Assembly (NCBI GenBank): GCA_001567275.1
Contig: LNBX01000040.1
Coordinates: forward strand, 7,169 to 71,168
Origin: Bacteroidetes bacterium OLB10
Lineage (GTDB): Bacteria > Bacteroidota > Bacteroidia > AKYH767-A > OLB10
Length of the DNA: 64,000 nt
Reading direction: 5' to 3'
The notes beneath the pieces are model-generated. The model was not told the origin of the DNA. It searched no databases and saw only the letters and a list, made by a program, of their open reading frames with translations. Of this stretch, positions 39,611 through 48,318 are shown in pieces. The translations under genes were made by a program, and so were the position numbers. Within the stretch, counting starts at the first letter, position 1. Every line of letters begins with the position of its first letter.

Positions 39611-40585
39611 TCAGTGGTCGCGGTTCAGTAGTTTTTCGCAAAACAGTTTTAACTCCATGGCTGCCGATGGATTTAAGTTTAATGATTTGAGATGCTCAAA
39701 TCCTTTTTCAAAATAAGAGTGAATGGCTTTGCGTGTTGCCTCTACCACTCCGGCTTTATCAAAAATTTGTTTTACGCGAAGTGTTTTTTCTTCGGGTTGA
39801 AGCGTTCTGTTGTTATATAGATTTACAAAATCAAGATGCTCTTTTCCTTCCAGCAGGCAACAGGTTTCGGAAAACAAAAATGTTTTTTTGCCTTCAATGA
39901 TATCGCCTCCGGGTTTTTTGCCCACTTTATAATGTTCGCCATAGGCATCCAGCAAATCGTCCTGAATCTGAAATGCAATGCCAATGTTTTTTCCGAATTC
40001 ATAAATTTTTTCAGCATCTTTTTCTGAGGCTCCTGCAATCAGACTTCCTGTGGTGAGGCTGCAGGCCAGCAGCACGGCAGTTTTAAGTGTAATCATTGCC
40101 GTGTATTCTTCAGGTGATATTTCATTCAGCTGCTCATAATCCATATCCAGTTGCTGCCCTTCGCACACTTCTATTGATGTTTTATAAAACAGTGAAAGCA
40201 CCTTGCGCAGCAAAGTATCATCTACCATGGTCATTCGTTCGCATGCTTTCACAAAAAGCGCATCGCCTGAGAGTATAGCTACATTGGTATTCCACTTTAC
40301 ATGCACGGCAGGCTGATTTCTGCGTTTGGTTGCATTGTCCATAATGTCGTCATGCAACAGCGTAAAGTTGTGAAACAGCTCTATACCGATGGCAGCATCC
40401 ATAGCTTTGGAGTAGTCGCCACCAAACAATTCGCATCCTATCAAAACAAATAGAGGGCGCAACCGCTTGCCTGCAAGTGTAAGCATGTAGTCCATAGGCT
40501 CGTAAAGTTGTCGCGGCTCATGGCCAAAATGCAGTGATGAAAATTCTTTTTCCAACTTCTGCTGAAGAAACGGGATGCTGTGCAT
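39611..40585 (-). CDS. Polyprenyl diphosphate synthase (IspB/GGPPS family)
   Basis: FARM motif LLHDDIMD and SARM motif FQIQDDLLD. Confidence 0.85.
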   Translation of the reverse strand: MHSIPFLQQKLEKEFSSLHFGHEPRQLYEPMDYMLTLAGKRLRPLFVLIGCELFGGDYSKAMDAAIGIELFHNFTLLHDDIMDNATKRRNQPAVHVKWNTNVAILSGDALFVKACERMTMVDDTLLRKVLSLFYKTSIEVCEGQQLDMDYEQLNEISPEEYTAMITLKTAVLLACSLTTGSLIAGASEKDAEKIYEFGKNIGIAFQIQDDLLDAYGEHYKVGKKPGGDIIEGKKTFLFSETCCLLEGKEHLDFVNLYNNRTLQPEEKTLRVKQIFDKAGVVEATRKAIHSYFEKGFEHLKSLNLNPSAAMELKLFCEKLLNRDH

Positions 40586-40591
40586 ATTGAA

Positions 40592-40623
40592 ATAAAAAAA
40601 CAGCAATGCAAATGCGCATTGCT
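40592..40623 (-). terminator. Rho-independent terminator for the epimerase-rfbA transcript (minus strand)
   Basis: cagcaatgc-aaatgc-gcattgctg hairpin. On the minus strand it is followed by ttttttt. Confidence 0.6.
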
Positions 40624-40644
40624 GTTACAAAGAAATTAATTTTT

Positions 40645-41595
40645 TTACTTCCTTCGGTTACGAAATGCTTCAATAACCTTGCTCATTCCTTTTTCGAGAG
40701 GAGTGAGGTCACGGTTGAGCAGAATTTTCATTTTTGAAATATCAGGGCATCTGCGCGTCATATCACCTTCTTTGAGTGCAGGCAGATGCACAATGTTTGA
40801 TTTTGAATTTAGAATTTTCTTAACCATTTGAGCCAACTCAAGAATGGATGTTTCTTTATCGTTACCGATATTGATGACGTCATTCACAAAACGATGGGTG
40901 TAAAATGCATTGAGACATGCTTCAACATTATCATCTACATAACAAAAAGTTCGTGTCTGTGAGCCATCACCATAAATGGTAATATCCTGATCTAACAGTG
41001 CCGAATCAATAAATTTCGACATCACAAAGTCGGTGCTTTGTTTTGGTCCATACGTGTTGAAGAAACGGAAAATGGTAAAGTCAAGACCAAATTCCTGCTT
41101 GTAGGCACGCAGGTATGCTTCTCCCAGATTTTTTACGATGGCATAAGGCAATCGTGAGTTGAGCGGAGTAGTAGTTTCGTTTTGCGGATATTCAACAGGC
41201 TCGCCATAAACCTCGCTGCTGCTGCTGAAATATACGCGCTTCACGCCTGTATTTTTTGAAAGGTCGAGTACGTTTTTCAATCCTGTAAGATCGTTCAATA
41301 CCCATGACGGATGATCGAGTGTACGTTTTACACCTACTACCGCTGCATAATGAAATACATAGTCGAAAGCATAAGCATAAAAAATTGCAGAAATATCTCT
41401 GAAATCGTTTACATCGGCTTTTATAAATTTAACGTTGTTATGTTTGGAAGGCGGAACCTTGCTTAGCGATCCTGTCAGCAGGTTATCAACTACCACTACA
41501 AAATTGTCGGCATTATCGGCTAATTTTTCTGCCAGTGCACTGCCCACAAATCCTGCACCTCCTGTTACTAATATTTTGCTTTTACTGTTTGTCAT
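40645..41595 (-). CDS. NAD-dependent epimerase/dehydratase (UDP-glucuronate decarboxylase/UXS-like)
   Basis: Rossmann motif ILVTGGAGFVGSAL. Catalytic YxxxK region. 316 aa. Confidence 0.8.
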   Translation of the reverse strand: MTNSKSKILVTGGAGFVGSALAEKLADNADNFVVVVDNLLTGSLSKVPPSKHNNVKFIKADVNDFRDISAIFYAYAFDYVFHYAAVVGVKRTLDHPSWVLNDLTGLKNVLDLSKNTGVKRVYFSSSSEVYGEPVEYPQNETTTPLNSRLPYAIVKNLGEAYLRAYKQEFGLDFTIFRFFNTYGPKQSTDFVMSKFIDSALLDQDITIYGDGSQTRTFCYVDDNVEACLNAFYTHRFVNDVINIGNDKETSILELAQMVKKILNSKSNIVHLPALKEGDMTRRCPDISKMKILLNRDLTPLEKGMSKVIEAFRNRRK

Positions 41596-41600
41596 ATAAC

Positions 41601-42473
41601 TTATAAATGTTGATCTAATATTTTAATCAGATATTGTCCGTATCCGCTTTTCATCAGTGGCTCTGCAACTTTGCGGAGTTGTTCTTTATTGATAAAACCC
41701 ATACGGTAAGCCACTTCTTCAATGCAGCCTACTTTTAATCCCTGACGTTCTTCAATTACGTTTACAAAATTTCCTGCCTGCAACAGTGAGTTGAATGTAC
41801 CGGTGTCGAGCCATGCAGTTCCTCTTTCCAAAAGTTGCACTTTCAGTTTTCCTTCTTTGAGGTAATGTTTGTTGATGTCGGTAATTTCGTATTCGCCACG
41901 TGCGCTGGGTTTTAAATTTTTGGCAATAGATACCACATCATTGTCATAAAAATATAATCCCGGAACAGCATAGTTGGATTTGGGTTTCTGCGGTTTTTCT
42001 TCAATAGACAATGCATTAAAATCTGCATCAAACTCTACTACACCATAACGCTCAGGATCCGAAACGTGATAAGCAAATACCAGTCCGCCCTGCATGTTGT
42101 TGTTTCCTGCAAGAATCCGACCCAGCCCTTGTCCATAAAAAATATTATCGCCCAGTACCAGGGCAACAGAATCATTGCCGATAAATTTTTCGCCAATTAC
42201 AAATGCCTGTGCCAGTCCGTTAGGCACCTGTTGCTCTTCGTAATGAAAACGGCAGCCTAACTGCTCGCCCGTGCCCAGCAAACGTTTGAAGTGCGGCAAA
42301 TCATGAGGTGTGCTGATGATTAGTATTTCGCTGATGCCTGCCATCATCAACACCGATAACGGATAATATATCATCGGTTTATCATAAACGGGCATCAATT
42401 GCTTACTCATTGCCAGTGTAAGCGGATGTAATCGTGTGCCGCTGCCTCCGGCTAAAACAATTCCTTTCATCAA
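41601..42473 (-). CDS. rfbA: Glucose-1-phosphate thymidylyltransferase
   Basis: [19 protein letters not shown]-terminus. 290 aa. Confidence 0.9.
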   Translation of the reverse strand: MMKGIVLAGGSGTRLHPLTLAMSKQLMPVYDKPMIYYPLSVLMMAGISEILIISTPHDLPHFKRLLGTGEQLGCRFHYEEQQVPNGLAQAFVIGEKFIGNDSVALVLGDNIFYGQGLGRILAGNNNMQGGLVFAYHVSDPERYGVVEFDADFNALSIEEKPQKPKSNYAVPGLYFYDNDVVSIAKNLKPSARGEYEITDINKHYLKEGKLKVQLLERGTAWLDTGTFNSLLQAGNFVNVIEERQGLKVGCIEEVAYRMGFINKEQLRKVAEPLMKSGYGQYLIKILDQHL

Positions 42474-42744
42474 TTAAATTCAGAAGTCAGGTTGTACGTA
42501 AAAATATCAATTGTGGTTTCTGAAAGCATAAAAATTACTTTCGGCTGTAAAAGTACTAATGTTCACTGATATCCGTATCTGCCTGATACCTAAAAATTAA
42601 CCGGAATATTTGCTATACAGAATTATTAAGTGATTATTGCGAGAGATAAACAAATCAACAGCATATAAAATTCTTCCTGCTTAAAAACAACCGTATAAAC
42701 AATCACCTTCAACTACTTGTTACCTTTGCAAAAAATATTTTTAG

Positions 42745-43776
42745 GTGAACCGTAATATCAGCGACCTTTCAAACCTGATGAGTAAACTCACAGTGCGTAA
42801 GGCAGCCAATTTTTCGAAAGTGATCAGCAGCTATTATCTGTCGCGACTGACAGGTAAGGCACAGCATAATGGTATGCCAGTAAGTATTTCGGTTGAGCCT
42901 ACTACCTCCTGTAACCTGCGCTGCCCTGAGTGTCCGAGCGGGCTGAGAGCTTTCAGCCGCCCAACAGGAATGCTGCAACCCGAATTTTATAAACGACTGA
43001 TTGATGAACTTGCTCCTGATTTATTGTATCTGATACTTTATTTTCAGGGCGAGCCTTATCTGAACACCAATCTCTTTGACATGATTCGTTATGCACATGA
43101 GCATAAAATTTATACGGCAACATCTACCAATGCTCATTACCTGAGTGACGACAATGCCCGCAAAACTGTAGAAGCAGGACTCGACAGACTGATTATTTCT
43201 ATTGACGGCACTACGCAGGATGTGTACTCGCAATATCGCAAAGGTGGCTCACTTGAAAAAGTATTGCAGGGAGCTGAAACAATGGTGAAATGGAAAAAAC
43301 AACTTCAGTCAAAAACACCGCATCTCATTTTTCAGTTTCTGGTAGTGAAACCCAATGAACATCAGGTGGAGGATGTAAAAAAACTTGCAGCCAAGATTGG
43401 AGTGAACGAAGTGGCGTTTAAGACAGCTCAGCTTTATGATTATAAAAACGGTAATCCGCTGATGCCTGACAATTCCAGGTACTCACGTTATAAGAAGAAC
43501 AAAGACGGCACTTACAGCATAAAAAATCCATTGGAAAATCATTGCTGGAAAATGTGGCATTCATCCGTTATAACATGGGACGGAAGTATGGTGCCCTGTT
43601 GTTTCGACAAAGATGCAAGGCATAAGTTAGGCGATTTGCAGCACGATAGTTTCCGCAAGTTATGGCATGGCAAAACATATAATCGTTTCAGGCAGGCTGT
43701 TCTTACTTCGCGCAGCAGTATAGATATTTGTGCCAACTGCACCGAAGGTGGCCGCGTGTGGACAAAAGGCAGATAG
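42745..43776 (+). CDS. Radical SAM enzyme with C-terminal SPASM/twitch-like Cys-rich domain; substrate unknown
   Basis: CxxxCxxC cluster SCNLRCPEC. Gly-rich SAM region …ISIDG…. C-terminal …W.DG.MVPCCFD…ICANCTEGG. Confidence 0.8.
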   Translation: MNRNISDLSNLMSKLTVRKAANFSKVISSYYLSRLTGKAQHNGMPVSISVEPTTSCNLRCPECPSGLRAFSRPTGMLQPEFYKRLIDELAPDLLYLILYFQGEPYLNTNLFDMIRYAHEHKIYTATSTNAHYLSDDNARKTVEAGLDRLIISIDGTTQDVYSQYRKGGSLEKVLQGAETMVKWKKQLQSKTPHLIFQFLVVKPNEHQVEDVKKLAAKIGVNEVAFKTAQLYDYKNGNPLMPDNSRYSRYKKNKDGTYSIKNPLENHCWKMWHSSVITWDGSMVPCCFDKDARHKLGDLQHDSFRKLWHGKTYNRFRQAVLTSRSSIDICANCTEGGRVWTKGR

Positions 43777-43866
43777 ACTTTGCAAGTTGTCTATTAAGAA
43801 GTTTACTTCTTAGGTTTAATATGTAAAAAATTTTTCGCACAAGCGTGGCCATATAGTGTTATCGCT

Positions 43867-43915
43867 CGCGCTCACCCCCTGCCCCTGAAGGGGTGACTGC
43901 GCGCTTTGCTTTTTG
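43867..43915 (+). terminator. GC-rich extended hairpin + T-run; likely terminator of the radical SAM gene. Contains copy 1 of a 24-nt repeat.
   Basis: cgcgcTcacccc-ctgcccctgaa-ggggtgACTgcgcg followed by ctttgcttttt. Seen directly. Confidence 0.5.
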
Positions 43916-44163
43916 ATATTCGACTCCTATGAAGTTGGTGAAATGGTTTTGTTGTGTATGGTATTAATATGTAATCTCTACGGGATTTGGAATAATATTA
44001 TTGACTTAGGGCAAGAGGTCAGTTTTTACAGGGTTGTTTCTATTAATTCTTTTTTATGTTCTTTTGTCTTAACACAATCCCGCAGTTCAGCGGGACCAAA
44101 AAGTCAAGGCTGTATAAAAACATCCTAAAAATTCAAACCGATTCTGCTGCGCAATCGAATGTC

Positions 44164-44193
44164 GCAACGTTTCGTAATGCTACGAAACGTTGC
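44164..44193. other. Perfect 13-bp inverted repeat gcaacgtttcgta-atgc-tacgaaacgttgc (protein-binding site or RNA stem-loop candidate)
   Basis: Seen directly. Not flanked by a U-run on either strand. Confidence 0.35.
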
Positions 44194-44329
44194 TCGGGAT
44201 TGCTTACACATGCTCCCGCTACGAATCGCTTTGTATTTTCCAGGCGGATGTTTTTATAAGGCCGATTATTGATTTTCGTATCTAAAAGTTTATATCAAAA
44301 TATTGAGTTAATATTTTTTTGCCTTTGCG

Positions 44330-44353
44330 CACCCCTGCCCCTGAAGGGGTGAC
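44330..44353 (+). repeat. Copy 2 of the 24-nt GC-rich hairpin repeat cacccctgcccctgaaggggtgac
   Basis: Direct-orientation duplicate of 43874-43898 with a one-base difference in a C-run. Contains the cccc-tgaa-gggg mini-hairpin. Confidence 0.45.
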
Positions 44354-44557
44354 AACACACATCGTATTTGAAGCGCGTCTGCGCCCTTTAGGGCTATGGG
44401 TGAGCGGTGCAAAGTAGTGTTCTTTTTGTTGTGTTGTAAATTTTTTCAGTGTCATTGTCTTGTCCTGAGCGGTTTTAACAGCACATTTCTGCACCTGCTT
44501 CAAAATTTATTTATCTTATTTTTAAATCGAAAAAAATTCTATTTTTGCGCCCTCGTT

Positions 44558-44628
44558 TGTCCGATGGTGTAATGGTAACACTGCAGATTTTGGTTCTGCC
44601 TTTCCAGGTTCGAATCCTGGTCGGACAA
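44558..44628 (+). tRNA. tRNA-Gln (anticodon UUG)
   Basis: Manual cloverleaf fold. Acceptor tgtccga/tcggaca with U1:A72. D-arm gtgt/acac. Anticodon stem gcaga/tctgc with loop ttTTGgt. T-arm ccagg-ttcgaat-cctgg. No encoded CCA. Confidence 0.8.
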
Positions 44629-44681
44629 CAAAGAATGGGCTGTTTCAACTTTTGAGCAGCCTTTTTTGTTTACTTCGCTGT

Positions 44682-46037
44682 ATGAAAACCACCGCCATAA
44701 CGCGTATTTTCATTGTGGAGGACGATGACTGGTACCGCGAGTTTTTGCAATATATCCTCTCATTGAACCCCGACCACGAGGTGTCAGCTTTTGCTTCGGG
44801 CAGAGAGATGCTGGAAAATATGCACCGCCAGCCGCATATCATCACGGTTGACTATCACCTTCCCGACATAAACGGCAGCGAGTTGCTTACCAGAATCAAG
44901 GAGCAGCAACCCGATTCAGATTGTATTGTCATTTCAGAACAACACAGCATTGATACCGTTGTGGAACTGCTCAAAAACGGTGCTTATGATTATTTTGTAA
45001 AATCAAAGGATATCAGAGACAAGTTGCTCAATACAATTGAAAAAATAAAAGAGCAGCAACAACTCAAAACAAAAATCTGGGAGCTGGAGCGTGAAGTGGA
45101 ACAGAAATATGATTTTCAGAAACGCCTCATTGGTGCACATCCATCATTCCAGAAAATATTTCCATTGCTGCAAAAAGCCATTTCGTCCAATATTACTGTG
45201 ATGATAAGTGGCGAAACCGGAACTGGTAAAGAAGAAATTGCCAAAGCCATTCACTATCATTCGAGGCAGAAGAAAGGAGCTTTTGTTGCTGTGAACATGT
45301 CGGCCATACCCAAAGAATTAGCCGAAAGCGAATTGTTTGGCCATGAGAAAGGTGCCTTTACCGGTGCTATACAGTCACGCACAGGAAAGTTTGAAGAAGC
45401 CAATGACGGCACATTGTTTTTAGACGAAATTGCCGATATGGACATTGCCCTTCAGGCAAAGCTGCTTCGTGTGTTGCAGGAACGCGAAGTGGTGAGGGTG
45501 GGTTCCAACAAACCCATTAAAATAAACTGCAGAATTATTGCTGCCACTCACCGCAATCTGGCTGCCGAAGTAAAACAAAACCGTTTTCGCGAAGACCTTT
45601 TCTTCCGTTTGTATGGTTTGCAGATACATTTGCCACCGTTGCGCGAGAGAGGTACTGACTGTATTCTGCTATCGCAGTATTTTATCCGACAGTTTTGTAA
45701 AGAGAATCAGCTGCCGACAAAAAAACTTTCGTCAGAGGCACAGAGTAAACTGATGGCTTATGCTTTTCCGGGAAATGTTCGCGAACTGAAATCGGTAATA
45801 GAACTGGCTGTAGTGATGGCAGATACAGAAACCATTCAGGCAGATAATCTCATTTTTTCTGAAAGTAATTTTGAAACGGAACTCCTGTCGCAGGAACTCA
45901 CACTCGAATTGTATGAGAAGAAAATTATTCTGCATGTGCTGGGCTTGTGCAACGGCAACGTGCAGCAGGCTGCCGACAGACTGAACATTGGCAAAAGCAC
46001 CATCTATCGTTTGCTGAACAGGGAAAAAGAAGGGTAA
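44682..46037 (+). CDS. Sigma-54-dependent response regulator (NtrC family: REC + AAA+ sigma54 activator + Fis-type HTH)
   Basis: REC domain. Walker A GETGTGKE. GAFTGA motif. Arg-finger region. C-terminal HTH …GNVQQAADRLNIGKSTIYRLL. Confidence 0.9.
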   Translation: MKTTAITRIFIVEDDDWYREFLQYILSLNPDHEVSAFASGREMLENMHRQPHIITVDYHLPDINGSELLTRIKEQQPDSDCIVISEQHSIDTVVELLKNGAYDYFVKSKDIRDKLLNTIEKIKEQQQLKTKIWELEREVEQKYDFQKRLIGAHPSFQKIFPLLQKAISSNITVMISGETGTGKEEIAKAIHYHSRQKKGAFVAVNMSAIPKELAESELFGHEKGAFTGAIQSRTGKFEEANDGTLFLDEIADMDIALQAKLLRVLQEREVVRVGSNKPIKINCRIIAATHRNLAAEVKQNRFREDLFFRLYGLQIHLPPLRERGTDCILLSQYFIRQFCKENQLPTKKLSSEAQSKLMAYAFPGNVRELKSVIELAVVMADTETIQADNLIFSESNFETELLSQELTLELYEKKIILHVLGLCNGNVQQAADRLNIGKSTIYRLLNREKEG

Positions 46038-46151
46038 TCAGCAAGTTCATTTTATTGTTTTGTAAACCATTAGGTCAAATTCGCTGAAAAACCTTTCTTG
46101 TCATCTGTCTTCCTTCTTCAGGAAACATATCTTTGTACACCTCTTTACAGA

Positions 46152-47882
46152 ATGAAAGAAACAGAGATAATAAAACGCTGGGATATTGCTCCTCCTGCAG
46201 GTGCTGATGCACTTAAGGCTTTTGGAAAGGAGTTAAATATCAACCCTGTTCTTTTAAATCTGCTCATTCAGCGAGGTATTACAACTTACGCTCAGGCCGA
46301 AACTTTTTTTAATCCTTCCTTGTCATCACTTCACGATCCGTTTCTGATGAAGGATATGCGAAAAGCAGTGGAGCGCATTGTTCAGGCAATTGAAAAAAAG
46401 GAGCGCGTGCTTATTTATGGCGATTATGATGTGGATGGCACTACCTCTGTGGCAATGATGTACACTTATTTCAAATCGAGGTTTGCTTATTGCGATTTTT
46501 ATGTGCCCGACCGCTATACCGAAGGGTATGGTATTTCCACACAGAGTATTGAATGGGCAAAAGAGCAAAACATCAATCTGGTGATTGCACTCGATTGCGG
46601 AATAAAAGCAACCGACAAAATCAGATATGCCAATTCGCTCGGTATTGATTTTATTGTTTGTGATCATCACCGTCCGGGAAGTGAAATTCCTGAAGCAGTT
46701 GCTGTGCTCGACCCCAAACAACCGGATTGCAATTATCCCTGCAAAGATTTATCAGGTTGTGGTGTAGGTTTTAAACTGTTGCAGGCATTTGCCAAAAGCC
46801 GGTCGCAACCTGAACAGGAAGTGCTCGACCTGATTGATCTTGCAGCTATAAGCATTGCAGCAGATATTGTACCCATTGTTGACGAGAATCGTGTACTTGC
46901 CTACTACGGACTGAAACAACTCAACGAAAAACCGCGCACAGGCATACAGGCTATACTGGAACTGAATGCCATCAGGCGCGAACTCAATATTTCTGATGTG
47001 GTTTTTGTGATAGCTCCGCGTATTAATGCTGCGGGAAGAATGGATCATGGAAAATCTGCTGTTCAGCTTCTCATCAGCAATACGGTGAACGATGCCAACA
47101 GCAAAAGCATTACCATCAATCAACACAACTCCAACAGGCGCGATGCCGACAAACAAATTACCGAAGATGCTCTGAAGTTAATAGGGAGAGATGAGATGTT
47201 TGAGTCGAAACGCACAACAGTTGTTTATCAGGCTTCGTGGAACAAAGGTGTCATAGGTATTGTGGCATCTCGATTGTCAGAAAAATTTTATCGCCCAACG
47301 GTTGTTCTTACTGAAAGCAATGGTCACATAGCAGGGTCGGCACGTTCTGTAAAAGATTTTGATGTGTACAATGCCATTGAAGCATGCAGTGAATATCTGG
47401 AGCAGTTTGGAGGACACATGTATGCAGCCGGCCTCACGCTGAAACATGAGAATCTCGAAAACTTCAGGAGAAAGTTTGAAGAAGTAGTAAGCACTACCAT
47501 CGAAGAGCGTATGCTCACTCCTGTGATTGAGATTGACAGTGAACTGCAACTAAAAGACATTACCGGTAATTTTTTTGGTATTGTGAAAAGGTTTGCGCCC
47601 TTTGGTCCCGGCAATATGGCACCGGTTTTTGTTTCGCGCAACTGTATGGCTGACCTTAACAGTCTTCGCACAGTGGGACAGGATAATAAACACCTGAAAT
47701 TATCAGTCATTCAACCCGGAATGACCAAAGCAATAAGTGCAATCGCTTTTCAGTTGGGCTCACATCTCGAGAGAATTAATGCCGGAAACACTTTCGATAT
47801 TTGTTATCACATTGAAGAAAATCATTTCAACGGAAATGTTGAACTGCAACTGAATATTAAGGATATAAAGTTTGCTGACTAA
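46152..47882 (+). CDS. recJ: Single-stranded-DNA-specific exonuclease RecJ
   Basis: DHH motifs (…GDYDVDGTTS…, …DCG…, …DHH…) and DHHA1 region. ATG at 46152 chosen. Confidence 0.9.
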   Translation: MKETEIIKRWDIAPPAGADALKAFGKELNINPVLLNLLIQRGITTYAQAETFFNPSLSSLHDPFLMKDMRKAVERIVQAIEKKERVLIYGDYDVDGTTSVAMMYTYFKSRFAYCDFYVPDRYTEGYGISTQSIEWAKEQNINLVIALDCGIKATDKIRYANSLGIDFIVCDHHRPGSEIPEAVAVLDPKQPDCNYPCKDLSGCGVGFKLLQAFAKSRSQPEQEVLDLIDLAAISIAADIVPIVDENRVLAYYGLKQLNEKPRTGIQAILELNAIRRELNISDVVFVIAPRINAAGRMDHGKSAVQLLISNTVNDANSKSITINQHNSNRRDADKQITEDALKLIGRDEMFESKRTTVVYQASWNKGVIGIVASRLSEKFYRPTVVLTESNGHIAGSARSVKDFDVYNAIEACSEYLEQFGGHMYAAGLTLKHENLENFRRKFEEVVSTTIEERMLTPVIEIDSELQLKDITGNFFGIVKRFAPFGPGNMAPVFVSRNCMADLNSLRTVGQDNKHLKLSVIQPGMTKAISAIAFQLGSHLERINAGNTFDICYHIEENHFNGNVELQLNIKDIKFAD

Positions 47883-47894
47883 GTTTTTGCCGTC

Positions 47895-48188
47895 TTATTT
47901 TTTAGCGATAACTTTCATTGCCGGCTGAACTTCCAGTGTTAATTCAACTGCATCGCCAATAGTTTTTCCGATTGCCTGCCGCCATTCCTGTTTAATGTTA
48001 AGCCAGTGCGAGCCGTCACGCTTAGGCTGCAGTGTACCTTCAATGGCATAGTCGTCAATAAACCCTTTTACCTGTAATGAATCACTGGTTTTCAGATTTT
48101 GCTGTGAATTGCGTAAAACCACATACGTTGATACACCTTTAATATCTCTGCGGTGTAAATGTGCTTTGTGTTTTAAAACCTTTCTCAT
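47895..48188 (-). CDS. DUF1905-like small protein
   Basis: 97 aa. Pattern V.G.I.G..L.P...G.H.L.I…R…G…GD.V.L.LE is typical of DUF1905. Confidence 0.45.
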   Translation of the reverse strand: MRKVLKHKAHLHRRDIKGVSTYVVLRNSQQNLKTSDSLQVKGFIDDYAIEGTLQPKRDGSHWLNIKQEWRQAIGKTIGDAVELTLEVQPAMKVIAKK

Positions 48189-48318
48189 CTTTCGTCCCTC
48201 CTTTCAGGTTATAAAGATAAGATAAAAACGTTCGCTTTATTGTGATGAAAAGATAAAGTTCAGAATGATTTTAATCATCCACTATCGAAACGGTTAAATT
48301 ACAGTTCACTGCTGAAAT

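Noticed and set aside
43913-44503. Track ORFs 43913..44128+, 44056..44259+ and 44282..44503- (67-73 aa) as possible rSAM substrate peptides or small proteins
   Set aside because: They overlap one another, span the hairpin repeats, have no start context or motif, and look like chance ORFs in AT/GC-mixed non-coding DNA.
43777-44557. Possibility that the region next to tRNA-Gln is an integrated mobile element or genomic island
   Set aside because: There is no integrase, transposase, phage or conjugation gene, and no direct repeat of the tRNA 3' end. The region is only ~780 bp and non-coding. At most it is a scar, so it is reported as structured non-coding DNA rather than as a mobile element.
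43777-44557. Tested whether the hairpin-rich region could be RNase P RNA, SRP RNA or tmRNA
   Set aside because: None of the universally conserved motifs I can recall were found: the RNase P P4 GGAAAGUCCGG…/…ACAGAA.CCGGCUUA, the SRP domain IV GGAA/AGCAG loop, or a tmRNA tRNA-like 3' end with tag reading frame.
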